Assembly: GCA_007376135.1 (NCBI GenBank)
Contig: VMFR01000001.1
Coordinates: 9,259-73,258 of the forward strand
Length of the DNA: 64,000 bases
Source of the DNA: Parcubacteria group bacterium Gr01-1014_31
Lineage (GTDB): Bacteria; Patescibacteriota; Patescibacteriia; Buchananbacterales; GWA2-38-13
Direction: 5' to 3'
Below the pieces are notes generated by a model that saw only the letters and a list, made by a program, of their open reading frames with translations, had not been told where the DNA came from and made no database searches. How positions within the stretch are numbered: position 1 is the stretch's first letter; every line of letters starts with the position of its first letter. Shown here piece by piece: positions 37,601 through 45,074 of the stretch. Position numbers and translations under genes: made by a program.

Positions 37601-37664
37601 CACGCCGGGCAAGGTGTGCGCCAGCTGCGAGTTTCGCGACATTTGCGAGTACCGGGCAATGTAA
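34623..37664 (+). CDS. UvrD/PcrA-family SF1 helicase fused to C-terminal PD-(D/E)XK nuclease with Cas4/AddB-type Cys cluster
   Basis: AGAGTGKTTV Walker A, DEFQDTN, helicase motifs; C-terminal ...DYKTGK... and CASCEFRDIC (CxxCxxxxC) at the extreme C-terminus. Confidence 0.8.
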   Translation: MSSDLLANLNDAQRAAVTHGDGPLLIVAGAGTGKTTVVTSRVAWLITQGKANADGVLALTFTDKAAGEMEERIDRLVPYGTVDLWVSTFHGFCQRVLAAHAVDIGLPGNFRLLNATQQWLLVREHLDEFKLKYYRPLGNPAKFIHALLSHFGRAKDEAVSPEEYLRFGKELALNTDTDRFVSQILTEDERAQLTAGEVRELAAMEISKINEVAEAYFTYQRLLLDQGALDFGDLITSMLRLLRERPKLLAQYRAQFKYVLVDEFQDTNWAQYELVKLLAEPKRNITVVGDDDQSIYKFRGASVANILQFKDDYPQAREIFLTTNYRSRQGILDASYQAIQRNNPERLEVILAARNAGKGLSKRLTAVRRGDAALQVIVAPTAEDEVRQVVGMIRERKEKDPALNWSDFAVLARANDHLNGFDYGLQQASIPYLLYSSRGLYTKPVVLDVVALLRLLDNYHESPAMYRVLTWAVWDLPQAALVALNYWAHRKARSLYHVARDASGVPELDDEVRAKLSAVVALVDELAKLTREKTAREVVLELLQRSGYLAWLTGSEDARRLEQVGYLNQFFRVLTNFETTAADRSVRAFLRQFTLELEAGEAGALAPELEQGPDAVRLMTVHAAKGLEFSHVFVVNMAERRFPTTERAETIPLPAGLIKERLPGGDVHLQEERRLLYVAVTRAKDSITFSYAQRYGGTRAKKPSPFLAELNLVPPEEAARPVGVVPQLDLEAGESHALPKGRHEFYRMPVKFSYSQLKAYETCPWKYRFAFLLRVPVRGRAVFSFGQTIHAVLQRTYELVVNRQGAAQTTLFDSPRGGGARPVGELVRLEELRQLYRDCWVDDWYENPQRREENFAHGLELIADYYAFIKDQVVNPKYLEQGFNLKLEDQATGRSHILFGKIDRVDERDGKLSLIDYKTGKPKDKLATEDKEQLLIYQLAAAEIFGQPVTSLTLYYLEGNRQQSFLGTDKDLARLKTKVLTAIAEIERGRFVPTPGKVCASCEFRDICEYRAM

Positions 37665-37739
37665 CTTGTAGGAAGTAGCTGGTAGCTGGTAGGGTTACGT
37701 AAGCTATCCTACAAGCTACCAGCTATAAGCTACTTCCTC
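37665..37739. repeat. ~70-bp compound imperfect palindrome with internal AGCTGGT direct repeat and central TTACGTAA
   Basis: AGGAAGTAGCT (37670-80) pairs with AGCTACTTCCT (37728-38); AGCTGGTAGCTGGTAGG pairs with CCTACAAGCTACCAGCT; 14-nt loop contains TTACGTAA. Confidence 0.6.
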
Positions 37740-37742
37740 GCT

Positions 37743-38066
37743 ATGCCGTTCCTGCCTTTGAAAGATCTGCTGCCGCGGGCGTTGCGGACCGCCAAGATCA
37801 CCGATCAGGTGCAGGCGGCGCAGGTGCTTGACGCGGCGCAGCGGGTGCTGGCGCAGTTGCTGCCACCGCAGGCGATGACGGGCGTGCAGGTGCTCCAGCT
37901 GCGGCAGGGGACGCTGACCATCCGCGTGCCGTCGTCAGCCGTAGCCAACGAACTGCGGTTGCGGCAGGGTGACGTGCTGCGCCAGCTCAATGCTCAGGTT
38001 GGCTTGCAGGTTTTGCACCTCCACTGCCGGCCGACGGGCGAGCGCGAGGATTACCCAGAAGCATGA
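37743..38066 (+). CDS. DUF721/DciA-like small protein
   Basis: 107 aa; Leu/Gln-rich pattern resembling DUF721; weak assignment. Confidence 0.35.
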   Translation: MPFLPLKDLLPRALRTAKITDQVQAAQVLDAAQRVLAQLLPPQAMTGVQVLQLRQGTLTIRVPSSAVANELRLRQGDVLRQLNAQVGLQVLHLHCRPTGEREDYPEA

Positions 38067-38219
38067 AGAATTATTCGCGAAAAATGAGCCGGCGCGTGAC
38101 GCGCTACCGCAGCCCGAGTACCTACATCGTGCGGCGGGCCGAGAACGCCAAGCGCCTGCCACCAATGACGCCGCCGGCGCACGGACAGCCGAAACGCCGT
38201 TCCAAGGGGCGCGGCTGAA
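38064..38219 (+). CDS. 51-aa highly basic small protein, start overlapping upstream stop (ATGA)
   Basis: MKNYSRKMSRRVTRYRSPSTYIVRRAENAKRLPPMTPPAHGQPKRRSKGRG; below track cut-off; speculative. Confidence 0.25.
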
Positions 38220-38300
38220 TCTTCCGTTCCGCGGCGATTTGCCGTATACTGACCCCTAGGGCAGACACGGAGTTCTTCGTCTGCACTCGGTATATTTTAC

Positions 38301-38708
38301 ATGCGGCCAGCGTGGTACAACCTTTTGATACTCATCGGCACCGTTGGGGCATGGGCTTCCTGGTGGTCGGTGGTCGCCAATATTGAACCCGCCGGCGGTA
38401 GTCCGACGGCCTTGGCGTATTTTTTTAGTACGCTTTTTTTCGCTCTGATGGGGACGATCTACCTCGTCGCATATTTTTTACAGATGCGTCTGATCGGCCG
38501 GCAGGCGCCCACGCAATGCGTGCGCGCGAGCACCCGCCAGGCGGTGCTGTTCACGACATTGCTATGCGCATCGCTGGCGCTCCAGGGTTGGCGGCTTCTG
38601 ACGTGGTTCAACGCCTTGCTGCTCATCGCGCTCTTGACATTCATTGAGCTGATGTTTATCAGCCGCCAGCGGCATCCGGTCGCGGCGGGCGAGTGGCGCC
38701 GGACGTAG
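38301..38708 (+). CDS. hypothetical membrane protein (3-4 TM)
   Basis: ORF track; hydrophobic segments; TATATT 4 nt upstream of ATG. Confidence 0.45.
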   Translation: MRPAWYNLLILIGTVGAWASWWSVVANIEPAGGSPTALAYFFSTLFFALMGTIYLVAYFLQMRLIGRQAPTQCVRASTRQAVLFTTLLCASLALQGWRLLTWFNALLLIALLTFIELMFISRQRHPVAAGEWRRT

Positions 38709-38709
38709 T

Positions 38710-39753
38710 ATGGAACAGGCTTTGCAACAATTGCGCCAAGATGCGGAAGCGCGGGTGGCGGCGGCCCGCGACGCGGCGGCGTTGCGCCAGGTGGAGATCG
38801 AGTACCTCGGCCGCGGCGACGGGAAACTCACCGTGCTGCTTGCCGGCCTGCCGGGTTTGCCGCTCGAACAGCGCAAGTCCGCCGGCCAGCTGGCGAACGA
38901 GGTGAAAGCTGCAATCATTACCCGCCTCAACGAGCGGCGGGCGACGTTCGGGCAGGCGGAAAGCGACCTGGATGTCACGCAGCCGGGCATTGCGCCCCAG
39001 GTCGGCCACCGCCACCTCGTGACGCAAGCCATCGACGAGATCACCGCGATTTTTGAGCGCATCGGGTTCCAGCGTTCGCGGCATTCCGAGGTGGACTGGG
39101 AGCACTATGCGTTCGCGGCGCTCAATATGCCCGCTGACCACCCGGCGCGCGACGAATGGGAAACTTTTTTCGTGGATGCCGAGCCGCATTCGAAATTGGG
39201 ACGGCGCGTGCTCACTCCGCACACGTCCAACGGGCAGGTGCGCGAGATGGAACAGCGCCGTTTGCCCATCCGGATGGTGAACATCGGCAAATGCTACCGT
39301 CGGCAGATCGACGTGTCGCACGTGCCGATGTTCTACCAGTTCGAGGGGTTGGTGGTGGACGAGGGCATCACGATGGCCCATTTGGTGGGAACGCTGGATT
39401 ATTTTGCCAAGGCGTTTTTCGGTCCGGACCGGAAAATACGCATCCGGCCCTACCATTTCCAGTTCACGGAGCCCAGCATTGAAATTGACATCAACTGCGC
39501 AGTTTGTGGCGGCCGCGGCCAGCTTGCCGACGGAAAAATCTGCCGCTTGTGCAAGCAGGGCTGGCTGGAGTTGGGCGGCGCCGGAATGGTGCACCCCAAC
39601 GTTTTAAAGGCCGGCAAAGTTGACCCGAAAAAGTATTCCGGGTTTGCGTTCGGCTGGGGCGTGGAGCGCTGCTTCCTGATGAAATCCGGGCTGCAGATCC
39701 CCGACATCCGTATGCTGTACGAGAACGATCTGCGGTTTTTGCAGCAGTTTTAG
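38710..39753 (+). CDS. pheS: phenylalanyl-tRNA synthetase alpha subunit
   Basis: class II motifs, FQFEGLVVDEGITMAHL, C-terminal NDLRFLQQF. Confidence 0.9.
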   Translation: MEQALQQLRQDAEARVAAARDAAALRQVEIEYLGRGDGKLTVLLAGLPGLPLEQRKSAGQLANEVKAAIITRLNERRATFGQAESDLDVTQPGIAPQVGHRHLVTQAIDEITAIFERIGFQRSRHSEVDWEHYAFAALNMPADHPARDEWETFFVDAEPHSKLGRRVLTPHTSNGQVREMEQRRLPIRMVNIGKCYRRQIDVSHVPMFYQFEGLVVDEGITMAHLVGTLDYFAKAFFGPDRKIRIRPYHFQFTEPSIEIDINCAVCGGRGQLADGKICRLCKQGWLELGGAGMVHPNVLKAGKVDPKKYSGFAFGWGVERCFLMKSGLQIPDIRMLYENDLRFLQQF

Positions 39754-39768
39754 CTGCGGCTCGCGCGC

Positions 39769-41931
39769 GTGACGGACGGAAAAATCGAGCACGAAGTGGT
39801 TTGTGGCGCTCCCAATATCGAGGTCGGACAGATTGTTCCGTTCGCGCCGCTCGGCGCTACGCTGCGCGACATGAAAACCGGGGGCAGCTGGACGCTGACG
39901 GCGGCGAAAATTCGCGGGGTGGAAAGCCGCGGAATGCTGTGCGCCACGGACGAACTCGGGGTGGGCGACGACCATAGCGGCATTTGGGTGCTCCCCTCGG
40001 GCACGCCGCTGGGGGCAGCGCTGGAAAAAGTCTACCCAGCCGACGATGTTATTTTCCATGTTGAAGTAACGGGCAACCGGCCCGACTGTATGTCGGTTTT
40101 TGGCACGGCGCGTGAGGCAGCCGCCGTCGTGCCCAAGGCCAAGTTGCAGCAGCAAAAAGTTGTTCCGCCGAAAATGCAGGGTACGGAGGTGCCGCTGACC
40201 GTTAAAGTGGCAGAATCCCGCCTCTGCCCGCGTTACCAGGCCGTGGTTATTGATGGTGTTCGCGTTGGTCCATCGCCATTATGGCTGCAGCAGCGCCTGA
40301 TTTCCGCGGGCAATCGCCCCATCAACAACGTCGTAGACATCACCAACTACATTCGGCTGGAGTACGGCAATCCCTTACATGTCTTTGACTACCGCGCGCT
40401 GGCGGGAAACGCCATTGTCGTGCGGCGCGCCAAAGCCGGAGAGAAGCTTACGGCGCTTGATGAAAAGACCTATCCGTTGGCCGTTACCGACCTGGTCATC
40501 GCCGATGCGAAAAAACCCGTTGCTATCGCTGGGGTGATGGGCGGGCAGGATTCGGCGGCCACTGCGGCGACCACGACCATCGTGTATGAGGTCGCCAATT
40601 TCGACCCGGTTGCGGTGCGCAAAACCAGTCGTCGGTTGGCGCTGCTGTCAGAGAGTTCGCTGCTGTTCGAAAAGGGTCTGCCGCCCCAGGCGACGGACGC
40701 GGCATTGCGTCGGGCACTTGAGTTGACGCTGCAGATCTGCGGCGGGCATATTGTCAGCCCGGTGTACGACGTTAAGCGTCCGCTGCCCAGACCGAAAACT
40801 GTTCCCTTTGACCCGGTGCAAATCACGCGGACCTTGGGCGTTACGGTTGCTCGGGCCGCGGCGAAAACCATGCTCCAGCGGTTGGGGTTTGTCGTGGCAG
40901 GGGCAAAGACCTGGCGGGTAACCCCGCCGTGGTGGCGCAGCGACGTTCTCGCGGCCCATGACGTGGTAGAGGAAGTGTCGCGGCTGTATGGTTACCATCG
41001 GCTGCCGGCACAACTGCCGGCTGGCCGCATTCCGGTCAGGCAGCCCGATATTCTCCTGGGGTTGCAGACCCGGATTCGGGACTGGCTGATAGGACAGGGA
41101 TTCACGGAGATCCAATCGTATTCCCTCGTTTCCGGTAAGCTTCTGGAGTTGATCGGGCTGCCGACAGCGGTGGCACTGCGCGTCGCCAACCCTTTGAGCG
41201 CCGAATTCGAATACCTGCGGCCGACGTTGAGCGCAAGTCTGCTGTCCGTAGCGGGCCAGAATATCAAGCGGTTCGCCCGCCAGCGGCTGTTCGAGCTGGC
41301 CAACATTTACCATCCCAAATCCGGCGGACTGCCTGATGAGTTGCCGATGCTGGCGTTGGCCATGACCGACCGGACGGACGATTTTTTCGCCGCCAAAGGC
41401 GTGGTGGAGATGATGCTCTTGCAGCTTGGCGTGCGGGGGTTGCGTTTCGTTCCGGACGCCGCCGGGATCAATGAATTCTGGCAGCCGAGGGCGCAGATTT
41501 CCGTCGGCTCGACCACCATCGGCCGTCTCGGGCCGGTAACCCCGCAAGTATTGGAACGATTCGGCATCCGCCAGCCATTGATCCTGTGCGGATTGGATCT
41601 GACCGCCTTGGTGCCGCTCGCGCATCCTGTGCTTGAGTACCGGCAAATCCCGTCGTTCCCCGTCAGCGAGCAAGACCTGGCCGCTGTGCTGGATGCGAAG
41701 ATCTCCTGGCAGCAGTTTCGGTCGGCGATCGTGGGCATTCATCCGCTGGTCCGCCAGGTAACGTTTTTGAGCGCGTACCGCGACGCCAAACTTCCGCCGG
41801 GCAAAAAGAGCATCGCCTGCCGCATTGAATTCCGTGCCGACGATCGGACATTGTCTTCGGGGGAAGTGGACGGTATACTGGGGAAAGTAAAGGAGAAGCT
41901 GCAGCAACAATTTGCCGCGACCATCCGCTAA
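39769..41931 (+). CDS. pheT: phenylalanyl-tRNA synthetase beta subunit (N-terminally short, ~70 aa shorter than E. coli PheT)
   Basis: VCGAPNIEVGQ... B3/B4, B5, FDX-ACB domains; GTG start; frame opens immediately after pheS TAG. Confidence 0.85.
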   Translation: MTDGKIEHEVVCGAPNIEVGQIVPFAPLGATLRDMKTGGSWTLTAAKIRGVESRGMLCATDELGVGDDHSGIWVLPSGTPLGAALEKVYPADDVIFHVEVTGNRPDCMSVFGTAREAAAVVPKAKLQQQKVVPPKMQGTEVPLTVKVAESRLCPRYQAVVIDGVRVGPSPLWLQQRLISAGNRPINNVVDITNYIRLEYGNPLHVFDYRALAGNAIVVRRAKAGEKLTALDEKTYPLAVTDLVIADAKKPVAIAGVMGGQDSAATAATTTIVYEVANFDPVAVRKTSRRLALLSESSLLFEKGLPPQATDAALRRALELTLQICGGHIVSPVYDVKRPLPRPKTVPFDPVQITRTLGVTVARAAAKTMLQRLGFVVAGAKTWRVTPPWWRSDVLAAHDVVEEVSRLYGYHRLPAQLPAGRIPVRQPDILLGLQTRIRDWLIGQGFTEIQSYSLVSGKLLELIGLPTAVALRVANPLSAEFEYLRPTLSASLLSVAGQNIKRFARQRLFELANIYHPKSGGLPDELPMLALAMTDRTDDFFAAKGVVEMMLLQLGVRGLRFVPDAAGINEFWQPRAQISVGSTTIGRLGPVTPQVLERFGIRQPLILCGLDLTALVPLAHPVLEYRQIPSFPVSEQDLAAVLDAKISWQQFRSAIVGIHPLVRQVTFLSAYRDAKLPPGKKSIACRIEFRADDRTLSSGEVDGILGKVKEKLQQQFAATIR

Positions 41932-41952
41932 ATCACAAATAAAAATTATCTT

Positions 41953-42258
41953 ATGTTCGATACCTCGGGCGACATCCTCAACATGGTGCTGGCGGTTTGC
42001 GCCGTGACGCTGACCATCTTCATCGTCTGGACCCTGTATCACCTGCTCAATGTCCTGCGCAACGCCAACCGCATCTCCACCTCCGTGCGGCTGAAACTGG
42101 AGGTCGTGGACCGCATCCTTGAGTTGGTAAAAGATAAATTGGAAAAGGGGGCCAGCAACTTGAATCTGATAGCCGATTCCGCCATCAAACTGGTCGGGTT
42201 TCTTATCGAGCGACAGGCGGAAAAGCCGGGGAAAGGGCGCCGAAAAAAAGACGAGTAG
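41953..42258 (+). CDS. small membrane protein, hypothetical
   Basis: 101 aa, one TM then charged helix. Confidence 0.4.
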   Translation: MFDTSGDILNMVLAVCAVTLTIFIVWTLYHLLNVLRNANRISTSVRLKLEVVDRILELVKDKLEKGASNLNLIADSAIKLVGFLIERQAEKPGKGRRKKDE

Positions 42259-42276
42259 CACGCAACTAAAAACAAT

Positions 42277-42313
42277 AAAAAAAGGAGTTCGTCGGTTGAC
42301 GAACTCCTTTTTG
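42277..42313. terminator. bidirectional intrinsic terminator between convergent genes
   Basis: perfect 10-bp stem GGAGTTCGTC / GACGAACTCC, 4-nt loop, flanked by A7 and T5. Confidence 0.8.
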
Positions 42314-42342
42314 ATTGAAGGTGCATGGCGCCGGTGCGTGGC

Positions 42343-43209
42343 TCACTCCGTTGTTTGGCGGCGGGTGATGACCACTGTGAGGAAATCAAAGCGGTTCGGT
42401 GAAACGTTGACAACGTCCAGTCCATGATCCCTGACGCTGCGATGGAGATCAGACATCGCCTTGCCGTCGCAAGAAATCGTCCATGGTCCCGTCGGGAGGA
42501 AGCCGAAACCTGGCGGCCATGGGGCATGGATGATTAGCACCGCGTCTTGGGTGAAGCGCAGCGCATGATGCGCAAAGTCCAGCAACGCGGTGACCTCGCT
42601 GAAGGTCGAGAATGGCAGCTCGAACCGGCTTAGCAGACCGTCAACGGATTTGTCGGCGGGTCTGATGACCTGCACAAGGCCAGAGTCGACAAGGGTGATG
42701 CGTTCGAGTTGGTGACGTTCCCGCAAGAGGACGGCCAGGCGTTCGTGCAGCCATGCGATGCTGGCCGCGTCGGTGATGACCGTCAGGCGGTAGGCGTGCC
42801 GTGCCGCGTCCGCCAGGTCCTTCACGGCGTCCCGGTAACTGCCGACCAAAAAAATCCGCGGCGCCTCGAGGGGATCGAATCGTGACACCAGCTGCGGAAT
42901 GAGGTGGGCAGCGGGCAGAAAATTCCAGTCGGTGTCTCTCAACAGAGAACGATCCGTTAAGAAACCTTGCCGATAGCCACGACGGCGTTGACGGGTATGG
43001 CGTTTGGGATCAGGTTTGCCTGCATCGCGCGATACCCAATAGGGTACTTTTGGCCGTTTACTCACGGCGACCTCCTTTCTTTTGTCAGAGAACATCGTCG
43101 GGAACAAACGATGATCCACTCTAGGATAAACATTGTCCTCTGTCAAGGAAAAACGGAAAAACTGATTTGAAAATATCGCGGACTCCTCCCTTGGGGTACC
43201 TTCCGCCAT
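42343..43209 (-). CDS. hypothetical protein (288 aa)
   Basis: ORF track, ATG 43209; no confident family assignment. Confidence 0.4.
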   Translation of the reverse strand: MAEGTPREESAIFSNQFFRFSLTEDNVYPRVDHRLFPTMFSDKRKEVAVSKRPKVPYWVSRDAGKPDPKRHTRQRRRGYRQGFLTDRSLLRDTDWNFLPAAHLIPQLVSRFDPLEAPRIFLVGSYRDAVKDLADAARHAYRLTVITDAASIAWLHERLAVLLRERHQLERITLVDSGLVQVIRPADKSVDGLLSRFELPFSTFSEVTALLDFAHHALRFTQDAVLIIHAPWPPGFGFLPTGPWTISCDGKAMSDLHRSVRDHGLDVVNVSPNRFDFLTVVITRRQTTE

Positions 43210-43240
43210 GGGCCGACGCTCAAGGCCTTCCTCGCCACGG

Positions 43241-43273
43241 GAATAAAAGAAGCCGCCTCGTGAAGGAGGCGGC
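43241..43273 (-). terminator. intrinsic terminator after purH (minus strand)
   Basis: GCCGCCTC / GAGGCGGC stem, followed on minus strand by TTCTTTTATT. Confidence 0.65.
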
Positions 43274-43293
43274 TGTGCGGTTGCAGAAGGCGC

Positions 43294-44904
43294 TTAGTGC
43301 CCGTAGAATCCCCGGCCAAGCTTGTCCGGAAACATCCCGAGCACGACGCCGGCATCCTGGAAGGTCTTGATGACCGCTGCATCGTTAACGGAACCACTCG
43401 ACGTGAGTACCGCGCGAATGCCGGCATCCACCAGGACCTGGGCGCCGTCCGGGAACGGGAAGAAGCTGTCACTGTAGGCGACCGCACCTTTCGAGTCGTG
43501 TCCCGCCTCGCGTACCCGCTGAATGGCAAGTTTGGCCGCAGTCACCCGGTCTTGTTGACCCACACCATTGCCAATCAGGTAACTCGGTCCCTTGCCGCTG
43601 ACCACCGTGACGGTGTTGCTGTTGCTGAACGCACCAACTGCCCAGGCCAGTATGAGCCCATTACGGTCATCATCCGTCGGCGTGCCGTACCACCGGAGCT
43701 CGGGGTGCCGTAAATCCAGCACGAAGGTGTAGTTGTCCTGCGACAGAAAGCCACCCCGGACCGGGCGAGCCAGCGGAGCAGTGTCGATGGTGCCCGGTCC
43801 TCCCAAGTGCTCAAGCGCCGGGTTACCCAGCATCCGGCACTTGCCGTGTTTCCGCCGGAGAATTTCTCTCGCACCATCGGTAAACGTTGGAGCGGCGATG
43901 ACGTCGATCAAGCGCCGCTCGCCAGCGGGGCGTCCCACCCATACCAGGTGGTGCGCGGAGCGGTCGTTGACCGGCCGGTTCGTCAGCACGGTGCCGCCCA
44001 TAATCGCTTGGCGGCTGCCTTGAACCATCAAATCGACCGCCAGCACTTCGCTTTGACTGGCGGTAGCGCCACACGGGTTGCCGTGTTTGACGCCGATGAC
44101 GAACGGTTGCACCGTCGTGAGGTTGAGCTGCTGTGCTGCTGCCAGGTGGGCACCGACGGCCAGCACACGGTGGAGATCAACCCAGTTGTTGTAGCTGGGC
44201 TTTTCTCCTTCTACGAGCTCGAAACGTTCCAGCGCCAGCGGATCGTTGGTGTCCAGACTGTAGAGTGCGGCGTTACCCTGGTACGGATTTTCGCCGTAGA
44301 GACACGAGTGGACACGTCGGCCAATGAGACCGGCGAATTCGCCCTCGCCGAGGTAGCTGGCGGAAAGCAGCGCGTAGCGGGCAACAATGAATTCCGCTTT
44401 GGCTGCCAACCAACGCAGCTTGGCCGGGTCGTTTGCGGTACCATCCCGCAACCACTGCAGGACCATCGCCCGATCGGCCGGGTCGCCAATGACGAGACGC
44501 CGACCCTTGGCCGCCGACCGGAGCAGGGTTGGCCCGCCGATGTCGGTCTGCTCGGTGACGGACTCCAGCGTGCTGCCTGGCCGGGTCATCTCCATCCCCA
44601 GGGGGTAGAAGTCAATGCAGGCCAGATCGATGTGGGGAATGCCGAGCGCTTCCAGCTCGGCGATGTCAATGTCCCGAGAAAGCAGTCCGGCGTGCACTTC
44701 CCGCGACAGGGTTACCACGCGGTGGCCGAGGATCGGGCCCCCGCCGACCAGTTCGGCCACATCGCGCACGGGTAGACCGGCCCCGGCGATGGCCTTCGTG
44801 GTTCCACTTGAAGCCAGTAGCTGCCAGCCTCTGCTGACCAGCTCGCGAGCGAACTCCACGATTCCTTCTTTGGAGTACACCGACAGTAACGCTACTTTTT
44901 CCAT
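43294..44904 (-). CDS. purH: bifunctional AICAR transformylase / IMP cyclohydrolase
   Basis: MGS-like N-domain (ALLSVYSKEGIVEFA...ASSGTTKAI...ILGHRVVTL) and AICARFT C-domain. Confidence 0.9.
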   Translation of the reverse strand: MEKVALLSVYSKEGIVEFARELVSRGWQLLASSGTTKAIAGAGLPVRDVAELVGGGPILGHRVVTLSREVHAGLLSRDIDIAELEALGIPHIDLACIDFYPLGMEMTRPGSTLESVTEQTDIGGPTLLRSAAKGRRLVIGDPADRAMVLQWLRDGTANDPAKLRWLAAKAEFIVARYALLSASYLGEGEFAGLIGRRVHSCLYGENPYQGNAALYSLDTNDPLALERFELVEGEKPSYNNWVDLHRVLAVGAHLAAAQQLNLTTVQPFVIGVKHGNPCGATASQSEVLAVDLMVQGSRQAIMGGTVLTNRPVNDRSAHHLVWVGRPAGERRLIDVIAAPTFTDGAREILRRKHGKCRMLGNPALEHLGGPGTIDTAPLARPVRGGFLSQDNYTFVLDLRHPELRWYGTPTDDDRNGLILAWAVGAFSNSNTVTVVSGKGPSYLIGNGVGQQDRVTAAKLAIQRVREAGHDSKGAVAYSDSFFPFPDGAQVLVDAGIRAVLTSSGSVNDAAVIKTFQDAGVVLGMFPDKLGRGFYGH

Positions 44905-45074
44905 GCGTATCCTTTCTCACCGGTGGGTGGTGGATTTGCAGTTTGTTGCCAAAGATCAGCCATTCAAACGCGTAGGGATGGTATGCTATGGACTGGGGTG
45001 TTGTCAATGTGACCTGATGGCCAAAAATGTACTATACTAGAGCCGAGGGGAACCCTCATTTTTTCGCGCTTCCC

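Noticed and set aside
39751-39753. Possible programmed TAG read-through fusing PheS and PheT
   Set aside because: PheS ends at its canonical C-terminus (NDLRFLQQF) and TAG is used as an ordinary stop elsewhere in the window. The shared frame has a 1-in-3 chance of occurring anyway.
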